DNA from: Squalus acanthias
Taxonomy: Eukaryota
NCBI GenBank assembly: GCA_030390025.1
Contig: CM059431.1
Span: 108,564,001 to 108,628,000, forward strand
DNA: 64,000 bases
Reading direction: 5' to 3'
The position numbers and the translations under genes are program-made. Of the stretch, positions 24,287 through 37,673 are shown one piece after another; position 1 is the first letter of the stretch; each line of letters begins with the position of its first letter. The notes under the pieces were generated by a model that ran no database searches, was not told the DNA's origin, and worked only from the letters and a program-made list of their open reading frames with translations.

Positions 24287-24846
24287 CATAGAAACATAGA
24301 AAAATAGGAGCAGGAGTAGGCCATTCGGCCCTTCGAGCCTGCTCCGCCATTCAATATGATCATGGCTGATCCTCTATCTCAATACCATATTCCCGCTCTC
24401 TCCTCATACCCCTTGATGCCTTTTATGTCTAGAAATCTATCTTTCTCCTTCTTAAATATATTCAGTGACTGAGCCTCCACAGCCTTCTGTGGTAGAGAAT
24501 TGCACAGGTTCACCACCCTCTGAGTGAAGAAATTTCTCCTCATCTCAGTCCTAAATGTCCTAACCCGTATCCTGAGACTGTGACCCCTCGTTCTAGACAC
24601 CCCAGCCAGGGGAAACATCCTCCCTGCATCCAGTCTGTCTAGCCCTATCAGAATTTTATACGTTTCAATGAGATCCCCTCTCATTCTTCTAAACTCTAGT
24701 GAATACAGGCCTAGTCGACCCGACCTCTCCTCATACGACTGTCCTGCCATCCCAGGAATCAGTCTGGTGAACCTTCGCTGCACTCCCTCTATGGCAAGTA
24801 TATCCTTTCTTAGGTAAGGAAACCAAAACTGCACACAGTACTCCAG
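24287..24846 (-). mobile_element. CR1 3' fragment
   Basis: LEYCVQFW...RRMRGDLIE...GIWY*; tail repeat at 24287-24300. Confidence 0.92.
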
Positions 24847-25411
24847 GCTCTCTTGTGTTGCGCATAAGAAAACATCTGCTCGAGCTTTTGGAAGCATTTG
24901 CTGCACTGGAATCAGTAACTGCTTCCACCATCCATCTCTGACTATTTCAAGCCTGGGCTGGAGATAGGGATCAGACGGTTTCATTCCAGAGTTCATCCAG
25001 TGTCGTGACCTTTGGAATATACGCAGGATGATGAAATAAACATGGGCTTCATTCAGCAAGATCAATTCCTGAGCAAATCTCTGTTCTTGACAGCTTCGTG
25101 AAATGCCTCACACGGTTATCCAGAAGGATTATTCTTTCCTGATCAATAGGCCACTTTGTAATAATAACATTGACATTCCAGTAACCACTGCTCCATCAGA
25201 GCTGGTGGCTTTTGATGAAGGGATGTTCAAAAGTGGTTCCAGGAACTTGTGGACAGAGACTGGGGTGAATCTGTGGCTGCACAAGTAGAATAAAAATTAG
25301 ACAACTCTACACTATTGGAAAAAGCTTCTCATCCTGTTACACAGGCGAGAGCATTTTGATGGAATATGTGATTGTGTAGATTTAGACTTGCATGTCATTT
25401 TGTATTTGCAG

Positions 25412-25467
25412 CTATGAGACCCACAGGACTGATGTCTACAACAACCCAGGTCCTTCTGATTATCAAA
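25412..25467 (+). other. Candidate 56-bp coding exon of an unidentified host gene
   Basis: TTTTGTATTTGCAG|...|GTAAGT; open frame YETHRTDVYNNPGPSDYQ with a PGPxxY motif. Confidence 0.25.
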
Positions 25468-27209
25468 GTAAGTAATTACAGAGTCACTTATCAATTTTCT
25501 CTTTAAAGTATTGAGTGCTTCTTGATGTTTGTGTGTCCACTTCCATGGCTGGTTCTTCCTTGTTAGTTCGCTAAAGTAGCCGCAGTGTAATGGCTAAATC
25601 AGAGATAAATCATCCATACTACTTAAAAAGACTTCACAGACCTTTGACTTCAGTGGAGATCTTCAGCTCACTGTCATGCTTTGCGTCTGCTACCTAATCA
25701 GCTACTTCCAAGAAGACATATTGGAAGAATTCCTGTTGTATTCATATTGTTGTCACTTAGGCCGGAATTTTCCTTACCATAACGGGTCCGGTGCGGGCGG
25801 TGTCCATGGCGGGTCGCGACCCTGCTGCTGGCTCCATCCCGCTGTACAAAATGAACTTACCTTAATGGGGCCTATTAAGCCCGCCCAGCGCGTTACCCGG
25901 ACCAATGTGATGGAGCGGGTCTGGTGACATCATTCATGACACATTTTCAGCTGGGATCCTTAAAGGTACCCTGGCCACATTAAATTTTAAGTTTAATCTA
26001 ACATAGTGGGTGTTGAATCTTTACTGTATAATAATATAATAAAAGTTATATATGAATGACAAAGAAATATTTAAATAAAATTATTAAGTAATATGACTCC
26101 ATCTACAAATACAATCAAGAACATAATTTAAAAAGTACATTAATTGGGAAGTTATTGGTGCTTTAGTCACAAATCTATAGCCTTTTGTATCAGTAACTGG
26201 TACAAATATAAGATATGTGTGTGTAGGTAATACATAAAGTTAAGCAGATTTTAAATGTAATTGTAAAGGGGTGGATTTACAATCTTATGCAAGTTCAGCA
26301 GAAGAGCTATGGAATCCCTGACAAACAGTGTAAGTGGTGCTTACAATGTGTTTCTGGGATTTCTGCAGCTCATCCGTTGAAGTTAACAATGGACAAGTGA
26401 GAGAACCTCCGCAGAAATTCACCCCCAAAGTCTCAGACTGAAAAATTACATTCGTCATATTCAGGGACTGAACCAGTGGAATGAGTGATGAGAATGAAAT
26501 TGTTACAGTTGATGACTTGATTTAATGTGTAACTGGACAATCACAGTATACTGTGAGAAAAACCCGACCAGAAACAACACAAACATTTATTTAAATGGTA
26601 TGTGTCATTTTTTGCATTGCAGATCAATTCACTGCAATTACTGTTCAGTTGGAAGGCAACAGCCGAGAATGGCCAGTGAAAAATTACCATTTACCAGTAG
26701 CTTTTCAAGCAGTACAGAATCTCCATTAATCTGTTAGCTGATGTAATCAACATGTTTTTATTTTGGTTTGTTTTTCATGCTGTCAAGTAATCAGCTGGAG
26801 CAATGGTCACGGAACTCACGCCTCAGGTTAACAGACGTGGTTCCCGAGCTGTGTGAATCCCGTGGCCATGCAGGGAAATTTAATAAGTAGTGGGGGGAAA
26901 GGCTCTTAAGTGCCTATAAAGTACCTCATAATGATTTCAATTGGGTCCCCCACCGCTGCAGGTCGGGTCGGCTCCATGTTGACTGATGCGCCTGGGGGAA
27001 AGGTGTATGGGAGTGAGAAGACAGCGGGTTCCCAACCCACTGTCAAAAAAAAACTTTCCCACCCGACCCGTCACCGATCGCGCCCGCTACCACCCCGGAA
27101 AATTCAGCCCTCAGTATCTAAAATACTTCTTCAAACTCATCATGTTCTCCTTGGCTTGTGCTGAATAGTAAGGTATCACCACTGATACTGACCACCTCAG
27201 GTATTCCAA

Positions 27210-27510
27210 AGCATTACAAATATTTACAGCACAGAAACAGGCCAGTCGGCCCAACAGGTATATGTGCCGGTGTTTATGCTCCACACGAGCCTCCTCCCAC
27301 CCCTCTTCATCTAACCCCATCAACATATCCTTGTATTCCTTCCTCCCTCATGTGTTTATCTAGCTTCCCCTTGAATGCATCTATACTATTCGCCACAACT
27401 ACTCCCTGTGGTAGCGAGTTCCACGTTCTCACCACTCTCTGGGTAAAGAGGTAGACCCTAAATTCCCTATTGGCTTTATTGGTGACGATCTTATATTTAT
27501 AGCCCCTCTT
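27210..27510 (-). mobile_element. CR1 3' fragment (same subfamily as 47720-48110)
   Basis: TQRVVRTWNSLPQGVV...FKGKLDKHMRE. Confidence 0.85.
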
Positions 27511-28724
27511 TCCGATAGGTTTCAGGAACCAGTGACATTTAAGCACTTGTATCTCCGGAAGCCAACATAGATTAGGAACATACGGCACACATTATCAAAA
27601 ATCACAGGGTAGTCGAAGGGAAATGATTGAATTCATGGTCAGCTGCACGGCTACTTTTGCTGGCGTCTCGGTTGGTCTTGCCCTCGCCAGCACTTTAATT
27701 AGCAGCATTGTTTTAAAGTGCTGGTGTTCTTCCTTACTCAGCTCAGCGAGAAGTAAAGGAAGTGTCCAGCTGCTTACTGCGACAGCTGCTCATCCAGGCA
27801 GCAAATGGCCAGCTCACTTGGCACCGGTTAAGACCGTGAATTAAAAGTGGAGCTGGTGCTGTTTGTACAGCAACCATCTGGGAACTTCCTTCATTCTCAG
27901 GCAGGTTGAAAGAGGAAGAACAATGACACTTTTTAAGAGCAGGCTGCTGATTAAAATTAGAATGCTGGTGAGGGGAGAGAGCGAGAGGGAAATGGGTTCC
28001 GTCGGGGCGAAAATCTTGTGATTTGTTACAGGAAGTTGCACCTCGACAAATCACTTGCCCTTGATACTGGCAGTGAGTCTGGCCTGTTTGCAGTGGCCTG
28101 TGCTTTCTGGACAAGGCAGTATCAGCCATATAAACATTTTCTATTTTATGTGCCTCTGCTTCTGAAGTCTGATTCATTCAAGTGGCATCTTAATAGCTTG
28201 GTTTAAGTTATTGTGTCCACGTCTTTGTTGATGACTACCCCTGTAGTATACGAATTCCAATCTTGTTGTCCACATTTATGAACTCACACATGGCAGGCAG
28301 CTTGCATAGACAAGTCAAGGCTGTTGTTGTGGGAGAGATCATTTGTAAATGATGCCTTCACTTGCTCATAGTTCTTTTTATTCCCCGTGTTTGGCAATGT
28401 ATTAAAAAATATTGCAGGCTTGCTCAAACGATAAATTTCTTTATCTACTTCAAAGCCCAGGAAGGAAGGCAATTCAGTAAAAGCATCACTACTTTGTTAG
28501 GTTATTTTTCTCTCTCTGCCAGTTACATGTTTTTGCAGGCCATGAATAGCATGTGTTTGTCCCTCCCTCAGTTTCCTTATCAAGATGTTTCAGAATTCTC
28601 ATGCCTTCTCCTTGCCACTGTAATGAGTGTATCTGTCTCTTATGCAAACAGAGTAATAAAGAAACAACACACAGCCTCTGAGCTGGGGAGGTTAGAACTT
28701 CCACTCTCTGTTAATGCAATTTTT

Positions 28725-29605
28725 ATTTTTATTTGTTCATGGGATCTGGGTGTCGCTGGCAAGGCCAGCATTTATTGCCTATCCCTAATTGCCCTTGAGA
28801 AGGTGGTGGTGAGCCGCCCTCTTGAACCGCTGCAGTCCGTGTGGTGAAGGTACTCCCACAGTACTGTTAGGGAGGGAGTTTCAAGATTTTGACCCAGCGA
28901 CGATGAAGGAACGGCGATATATTTCCAAGTCAGGATGGTGTGTGACTTGGAGAGGAACTTGGAGGTGGTGGTGTTCCCATGCGCCTGCTGCCCTTGTCCT
29001 TCTAGGTGGTAGAGGTCGTGGGTTTGGGAAGTGCTGCCGAAGAAGCCTTGGCGAGTTGCTGCAGTGCATCTTGTAGATGGTACACACTGCAGCCACGGTA
29101 CGCCGGTGGTGGAGGGAGTGAATGTTTAAGAACATAAGAAGTAAGAGCAGGAGTAGGCCATACGGTCCCTCGAGCCTGCTCCGGTTTTCAATAAGATCAT
29201 GGCTGATCATCAACCTCAACTCCACTTTCCCGCCCGATCTCCATATCCCTTGATTCGCCTAGAGTCCAAAAATCTATTTATCTCAGCCTTGAATATACTC
29301 AATGACTCAGCATTCACAGCCCTCTGGGGGTGGATGGGGTGCCAATCAAGCGGGTTGCTTTGTCCTGGATGGTGTCAAGCTTCTTGAGTGTTGTTGGAGT
29401 TGCACTCCTCCAGGCAAGTGGAGAGTATTCCATCACACTCCTAACTTGTGCCTTGTAGATGGTGAAAAGGCTTTGGGGAGTCAGGAGGTGAGACACTCGC
29501 CACAGAATACCCAGCCTCTGACCTGCTCTTGTTGCCACAGTATTTATGTGGCTGGTCCAGTTAAGTTTCTGGTCAATGGTGAGCTCCAGGATGTTGATGG
29601 TGGGG
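28725..29605 (-). mobile_element. Non-LTR retrotransposon 3' fragment (CR1-group, L2/Crack-like; clade uncertain) with a CR1 3' end nested at ~29131-29330
   Basis: IYKAQVRSVMEYSPLAW...LDTIQDKATRLI; SLHHRRTVAAVCTIYKMH; second copy at 35415-35840. Confidence 0.8.
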
Positions 29606-30289
29606 TTTAATTGGGTTCAACCTATACTCTCCAGTTATGTATTTAAGCAAAGCGTCTAGCTAGCCTACTTAACACTTGGCCAGGGTGTAATGATTCCAGA
29701 ACATTCTTAAAGCAGCAGTAGTAATATATTAAACATTTTTTAAAAAGTGTGTGGGATTATACAGCCAAATCATTCTGACCTTTGGATTTTGGCTTTGGTT
29801 ATGAAGGCGTAAGATGTTCTCTGGCAACATTTTGGGCTTCACAGAAGCTGCTGAATGGTAAAATTTTAATGTTACTAAAGAGTCAGGTAAATCCACTTTA
29901 TAGTAACATTAAAAAGTTCACCTTCATTCAGATGTTGAGAGCACAGCTTTATGCATGTATTTAAGTGTGGTCATGCAGAAGCCCATTTCTTCTTAATTGG
30001 AGAAGTATGACCTGCCCGTATATCTGGGCTGCTGAATTGCATCTCCCACAAAGCAGATTGTAATCTTAGACGGTACATGCAGTCTAACTGTAACATTAAC
30101 CCCTGTTGTATTGAGTTCAATATAAAACCTTGGAGTTTAGTGCTCCTAGCACCTTGACTAAATCTAGGCAGACACCTTCAAGGATAACTAAGTAATTTTA
30201 CTCTGAACAGTTACAATTAGTGAAGAGGCTTTGTTATCGTTTCACTCAATAGACCTCTTGCATTATAGATGGTGACTTTCATGTCCTCA

Positions 30290-31035
30290 GAACATAGGGA
30301 CAGGCAGGAGCAGGCCATTCAGCCCCTCGAGCCTGTTCTGCCATTCAGTCAGATCATGGCTCATCTGTAGCTCGAAGCCATTTACCCGCCTTTGCTCCAC
30401 ATCCCTTGATACACTTGTCTAACAAAAATCTATCAATCTCAGTCTCGCAAATTTCAATTCGCCCAGCAGGCACAGCCTTTTGGAGGAGAAAGTTCCAGAC
30501 TTCCACCATTCCTTGTGTGAAGAACTGCTTCCTACTATCGCTCCTAAACAGCCTAGCTCTAATTTTAAGATTGTGCCCCCTTGTTCTGCTTTCCAACATC
30601 AGAGAAAATAGTTTTTCTGTATCTGCCCTATCTAATCTCTTGATCATTTTAAACACATCTATTAGATCATCCCTTTAACCTTCTAAACACCAGGGAATAA
30701 AAGTCAAGTTTATGCAATTTGTCCTCATCATTTAACCCTTTTAGCCCCAGTATCATTCTGGTAAATCCGCGCTGCACCACCTCCAAGGCAAATGCGGTGC
30801 GGTGCCCAAAACTGAACCCAGTACTCCAGATGGGGTCTGACCAAGACTCTGAACAACTGCGGAACAACGTCCTCCCCTGTGTATTCCAACCAACATTCCA
30901 TTGGCATTTATGGTTACTTTTTGTACCTGTACACTTTTAGTAATTTGTGTAGACGGACATACAAACCTCTTTGCTCCTCCACAGTTCTCTCGCCATTAAG
31001 AAAATATTCCGCTTTGTCTTTCTCAGATCCAAAGT
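30290..31035 (-). mobile_element. Degenerate CR1 3' portion
   Basis: RTRGHNLKIR, FFTQ, VQRGFTRMI, AEYFLNGE across frameshifts. Confidence 0.85.
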
Positions 31036-33806
31036 GCTGTTCAACCAGCGAATTAACTTTGAAGTGCAGTCGCTGATATGCAGGCAAAAGATAGTCATTT
31101 TCGTTAACCTTCGATTGGCTACAATATCTCAGCTGCACAATTGAGACAGTTCTAGGTATGGTACTACGCCATTTGCGGTCTCTAAGTAGTTCTATCTTCT
31201 AAAGAAATTTGCAATTACCGCCTGATCATTTCAAGAAAAAAAGTATACCATTGCCTCGAAAATCGGTAGCACTTTTGTTGTTACTGGCTGAGACAAAAGA
31301 ATAGCAATGTGTGTTTGAAATAAATATTGCAGAATTCAACATATTAGTGACACAATTTGTAATCCCAGAATTTCATACACTACTGCTATAGTTTGCTAGG
31401 CACTTACATTAATTAAATTATAAAAAGGAAGGGAAGATTATCAAAAGGAATGTGAGGAAATGTTTTGCAGATGTGCTGCCTCCAATTTAATAAACCCCAT
31501 TAGTTTTGTTCTGTTTGCCAATAACCATTGGAAATGTTACCAACTTTAAAAGGAACAATTACCCAAATCTTCACTGTCTCATTAGTTTGTCATATTTTTT
31601 TCATTAGAACATATTGCAACTTAAAAGTAAGGCTTTGTGTAACGGCACACTGTTTCAATTCTCTCTTTCAGCAGGTTTTAGGATATTTCTGAATTCCAGT
31701 TCTGTGCCAGCAGGTGTCTTTATTTTGCTTTTAAAATCGTTTTATATGTCACCCTCTAGACATTCTGTGGAATTGGGGAGATTTTCAGCAACCATAAAAA
31801 ACTAATGAAGTCTGCATTTTTCTGTTTTTCTGTCATGTTGCAATAGTTAAAAAAAAAGTTAAAGAAAGCAAGACTGGGAGTATTTTTTTCCCGTTTCTCT
31901 TAAAAAAAACCTCAAGCTGTCTCTTGTCTTTAAGAAATATCCCTATTTCTGTAATATGTTTTCAGCCTGAACTCTCGGGTCACGATGCTTTGGTGTCTCT
32001 TCTGCTGCTTTGGTGTCACAGCGAACAGCAACACCTTAAATGCATTCCAGAACCACTCCATGTTAATGGAAACTGGCATTTCAGGCAACTGCAGTGAGTG
32101 GAGACATTTTGGAGTCAAGCATTATTCACAAGGTAGAATATTGTATTTGCCCAGGTTAGGGTTTTCCCCACAGGAATATTGGCATGCTGCATTGTGGTTC
32201 TTCAGTTTGCTTGTTTTTTTCTCTAGCTTTACGCCATAATTCATTAACGTGCTTTTGACGGTCCTTGAGTGGTTAAGCTACTTCAATTTGTCTGTTCTTT
32301 CAATAATGCATCCATGTTGATAAGCCTCAATAATGAGTATTTTAGTTGAGGACTACGCTGTAAATTTGTAAGCCTAGAAATTTCCCGGTGTAGCACTGGC
32401 CATTACGGCCGTTTTTTGTTGAAAAAATGGCAGCTGCCTTGCTTCCGGCACGGGACACGGCAGCCGCCATTTTGTTGAGGGCCATAGCGCTGCCATTGAC
32501 AGCGCTGGCTTCTCAAATTTAAACAAGCAGATCGTGGCGTCCATTGGCTCGAAGGGCCGATTATTTTTGTTTGGAAGTTCCCCATTAAGGGCTCGAGACA
32601 GCTTTCGGAAATGACAGGCTAGCTTTAAGACAACGCTGCCTCGCTCCAGCAATGAGACGGCCACGCTACATTGGGCCTCCTGCTGAGAGTACCGCCCGAA
32701 ACAGCGCGTTGCACGGTATGTTCTGTGCTCTGATCATTTCTGATCATTTTAAGCAGCAAGCAGCACCAAAATAGCGGAGCTGTCTGCACTCCTTTTACGG
32801 GCGGGAGTTAACCTCGCCCAGCAGTGGCACTGGCCGTTTACCCACGTTATCAAATGACTCTTGTACAAACACATGCAAAACCAACATAGGATGTAGGAGT
32901 CCTCTGCAGATGGCATAATATAGTCTTTATCAGCAGCACAGAGCAGGAGAAAAAATCATTTTAGTGGGTCAAGTGGTTTACATTGGGTAGAAATTGCCAG
33001 TTGTTAAATGCTGAATTATTATTGGACGTCTTATTTTCCACACCAGCAGAATATTTTTGTACCATGGCATCTCATATGTCAAAGAATGCTGGGCAGTTTA
33101 TTTTTTTAATTTCAGAAGCTGGTCAAAAATCTTGTTAAATAAGTACTATTGCATCTCCAACACAGAAGATAGCCCTACTGATCTTTGGAGTAAAATAACC
33201 AGGAATGATAAAAAGGGACTCAAAAAGAACTTAATCAACCAGTCTTTGAATAATTTAAAGTCTATTATGAATCACTTGCAAATTGTAATCCCACCTCTAA
33301 GTTTAGAGATAACAGATAAATAGAGGAGAGGATATTGAATGAGTTACCCATGAAATAACATTTTCGTACCGTGATATTAGAAGACCAACGAGAGATGAAG
33401 TCACGAGATTTTTACATGTTGGAATGCTTTTTTATTACAATTACCCACTAAGCATTCTATTCATATCATTAGTTTTATACACTTTGGCTTAGAAATTCAG
33501 GCACGCCCATCATGCCTGCCATTTTGGGGCCTTAGTAGGCCTTTGTTAATAATATTATTAGGGACTATTCTTAATGTGGATTACTTTTAACTATAGTAAC
33601 ATGAGGAATTTTTAAATTCTCTTCAGTGATACTTGTTCTCAAGCTAATAAAGAGGGAATTAAACAAGTATTTTTCAGATCTTTGAACAGGGCACAATTTC
33701 GAAATTTGCAGATGAAACAAAACTTGAAAGTGTAGTAAACAGTGAGGAAGATAGTAATAGACTTCAAGAGCACATAGACAGGCTGGTGAAATGGGTGGAG
33801 TCATGG

Positions 33807-34674
33807 GGGGAAAAATTCAGTTGGTGGCGCCTCCCGTTAGCGCCTTAAGAGGGCACTAATGGGGCGCAAAGCATCTAGCGCCCGGGCGCGGCGATGTTTG
33901 CGCCGCTCGTGAAATTAACTAGACATTTTGCGGTGGCGCTAAACACTACGCCACGATCTCCTGCGCCGGCAGATCGTGACGTCAGTCGAGTGCGCAACGC
34001 CCCGGTATCGCCCCGGAGCGGATATTGAGTGGCGCCCCCTGCCTTACCGCCTGCCGCTAGCAACGACAGGTTGAGGGGAGCGTTTTGCAGTCAGGAAGGG
34101 ACTGGGGGAGCGCTATTTAAAGGCGACCGCTTCCTGCCTTTTATTGTTGGTGACATTTTTGAACCACGCATTCTGAGAGAGAGAGAGAGAGCGACTTCTG
34201 GAGAGATTCAACGCTGTGTGAAGGAGTTTTGGGTACTGAGCAGCACTTTGCAGATTCATTTTGATTTGCCCTTCCTTGTATCGATTTAGAAGAGACTGTG
34301 GGGGCTGCACTCTGAGCTGTTTCCCTGATACTCTCCATTGTTCTTTCCAGCAGATTTGATGTGCAGGTCTCTCCAGGCCGAGATTCAACGCTGCAATGAG
34401 CAGGATGTGGATGGAAAGCAAGATCAACCCTCCCCTTTAAGAACTGGCCCGCGCCATTGTGTGTGTGTTCCATTGCTGACTGACATCACATGAGCTTCGC
34501 CAGCGCTCTGAGGTAGCGCCTCGCTCCTCGGCCTTTGCGCCTTAAGACAGGTGTGAAGCGCCTGATTTAGCGCTCAAATCACCTCCAGGGGTGAGAAAAG
34601 TCAAGTTTGCAGTCGGTGGCGATAATTAGCGCCAGGCGCTAATCTTTGCGCCCGGCCGATAATTGCGCCCCAAA
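33807..34674 (-). mobile_element. Non-autonomous deletion derivative of the 2341-6631 Harbinger family
   Basis: 33807-34200 is similar to the reverse complement of 6220-6631, and 34430-34674 to that of 2365-2610; coding regions are absent and the last ~25 bp of one end are missing. Confidence 0.9.
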
Positions 34675-35414
34675 AATTCAATTATACCTAAACTTAGTAA
34701 ATTATTTATTTGAAAATGACATAATAAATATTATAAATCTTCTGTCTCTACAGTTCTCCATTTTGGCTCAAAATATTGTTAAACACTTACAATTATTAGC
34801 ATTTGCAATCTCAATAGTATTCAATTTATTATTTACTAACAACCTAATTTATATTCCTAGGTGCATGCAATTATTATAATTTTAAATAGTTAAATTAATC
34901 TAAAACTTGATGGGTTTGCTTCGTTGATAATGGACCCATTTTTAATTTTGAAAAATATATCTTTTATAACTCTAATTGATCATCAAGCAATCTTAAATTT
35001 CTAACTCCGAAAAAGTTTCAAAGGAAATATTTTTGGATTATTATGGAATGGCGAGCGTGCCAATACTGAGTGTTGTTTATAGGAGTGCAGAGAAAGTTTC
35101 TCTATATGATGGCAGGCTCTCTGTGTTATCAGGTGCAGAGGCCTGAAGCTCAATGTGCACCTGAATCACTCACCGTGCCAAAATGTAGCTAGCCAGAAAA
35201 CAGCACGCTGGGAGCCAGCGCGAAATGGTATGCAAGTCTCATTAAGGCCTTAAATGTCATGCAAATGAGAGTGCCTTCCCATAATGCAACTGGAGCCATC
35301 CACCCACCCCGAGCAGCACTCCAGACATTTACTTGACTTTAAGGAAGCCGGCGTAAAACATTTAAACATTTTGATCCAGAGTGGGTTTTTCTTTGTTATA
35401 TGGTCACCTTTCCT

Positions 35415-35840
35415 TTTGTTTTTATTCGTTCATGGGATGTGGGCATCGCTGGCAAGGCCAGCATTTATTGCCCATCCCTAGTTGCCCTTGAGAAGGTGGT
35501 GGTGAGCCGCCTTCTTGAACCGCTGCAGTCCGTGTGGTGAAGGTACTCTCGCAGTGCTGTTAGGGAGGGAGTTCCAGGATTTTGACCCAGCGACGATGAA
35601 GGATCAGCGATATACTTCCAAGTCAGGATGGTGTGTGACTTGGAGAGGAACTTGGAGGTGGTGGTGTTCCCATGCTCCTGCTGCCCTTGTCCTTCTAGGT
35701 GGAAGAGGTCGCGGGTTTGGGAGGTGCTGCCGAAGAAGCCTTGGCGAGTTGCTGCAGTGCATCTTGTAGATGGTGCACACGGCAGCCACGGTGCGCCGGT
35801 GGTGGAGGGAGTGAATGTTTAAGGTGGTGGATGGGGTACC
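35415..35840 (-). mobile_element. 3' fragment of the same LINE family as 28725-29605
   Basis: Near-identical to 28725-29130. Confidence 0.88.
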
Positions 35841-36847
35841 AATGTTTTTTCTGGCCTCAATGGCCAAATCCTGCAAAGGGACTTAAGTCCTCACCACAGC
35901 TTTCTCTGTCGTTCCTGGGGGCACTAACGAGAGGTGCTAATCGACCCAATTTTTCCCCCTAATTGTCTATCTCAGGGCTGAGGAAGATGTATCATCCATT
36001 TATTTCAAAAGCACAATATGAAAAAGTATTTGTATACCCAGACATTCAAATGAATGAAGTTGTTTTTATTATCAAAGTAAAGCTAAGAAATTAATTTTTC
36101 TATACACAAAAAAGACCATAAAATTGCATCTAAGACTTTTTGCATTTATCCTTTAAGGGAAGGGTGGATCATATTGGTTATAACCATAATTTAGGATGTC
36201 TAGTTTAAATTGGTTGCAAGTTTTTTCTTCTCCCAAGAGACTGCATGGTTAGGGAGTGGGACATTGGTGTTTGAGGTTCATGACTGGATTGGACAGGCCT
36301 CATATATTCCCTACCTTCATTTCATATCTTCATCAACGCATGCACCCTTTTGTACCATTTTTAGATCACATTTTATGTAAAGCAGTATTATACTCTAAAA
36401 TAAAAAACTCCAATAAAAATTATAACTGTTTAACGTATTAAATTGGAAAATTAGAACTGATTACTGAAATGGGTTCATGTTTATTTCTTTGTTACTGATA
36501 GTCCAGCCCATCAATCATGACGTTGAGGGATGTATCTCAACCCGAGGGCCAGTCTCTCAGTCTGGATTTCAAGTGTGATCGCTGCAGATAAGGCTAGATG
36601 GTTCTGCAAGAAATTCAGTGTCAGAAAAAAGAAACAAAACAATATTGCAAACAACTTGTATAGAAAATAGCAAAGTTTCCAGTGTATGAATACATTAAAC
36701 ACTGGTCCACAGAACTAGATTGTAAACACACCTGAAGCACACTAGGGGGTTAACTCAAGGGCAACTAGGGATGGGCAATAAATGCTGGCCTTGCCAGCGA
36801 TGCCCACATCCCATGAACAAATAAAAAAACCACAGGAGAACATAATT

Positions 36848-37673
36848 GGCTGTAATTTGCTGTGGCAGGGCATCTAACAGCATCTGCTGCGAGTTTAGAC
36901 TTGCCCTTGCTCATTTAGGTTTGAAAACTTTTGCGTAGCTTTTTGCTGAAAGTGCGAGCTGATAACGGTGCAGCGAGGGGAAAACCAGGCATCAGGGGGG
37001 CCTGAGTGAACAGGGAAAGTAACTGTGTATCTCCTTCACCACTCAGATTGAAGGATTGTGAAATTAACAGTGTAAGGACTGAGAAGAAAGTGTAGATTAG
37101 AGAGGGTGAATTTGATGTCAAATCAGGTACTGAAAGAGAAATAAAGAGACGGAAAGAAAGATTGGATTAAGAAAGACAGAAAAAAGAGACAGAAAGGAAA
37201 AGTAAAACATTTTTTTTTAATTTTACATTTTTAAAATCTCCAACAGCAATTAAAACCTGAAGGAATGAGCCTCCACACTTGTAATAGTTAATTTTCAGTG
37301 CCAGCAAGATTGATAGGCTGTAATTTATACTTATCACATCATTAAAAGCGTACGATAGCAAAATACTGCGGATGCTGGAAATCCGAAATAACAACAGAAA
37401 ACGCTGGAAAAACTCATTAAAAGCGTAGTTAGACTTGAAATTATTTGACTGAACTTTCTGTAGCGAGTTTAGTTCGTAGCTACCGCGCAAATACAGCAAC
37501 TTCATGCATTTCAATGGTGAGGCCGACAGCGAGATGCTGTTTTCACGCAGCAACTTTTGGGTTTCCGCATTTAATCGCACATCTACCCTTGCCTGAAGTT
37601 GCTGTGGTATTTGCGCATAAATAACAGTGAGCGCCATTAGCCTCTCTATTATTTTGACAGCAAATTATTGGCC
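36848..37673. mobile_element. Harbinger-type MITE with a 61-bp retro-insertion at 37353-37413
   Basis: GGCTGTAATTTGCTG ... CAGCAAATTATTGGCC; paralog at 55965-56650; insertion flanked by TSD TCATTAAAAGCGTA (37339-37352, 37414-37427). Confidence 0.75.

Noticed and set aside
24379..25065. 228-aa ORF as a novel fusion gene
   Set aside because: A CR1 3' fragment fortuitously in frame with flanking DNA; non-ATG start and no recognisable N-terminal domain.
31966..32131. Possible plus-strand exon (TTTTCAG|...CAAG|GTAGAA)
   Set aside because: Weak donor, unrecognised peptide, and a stop in the frame that would continue from the 25412 candidate.
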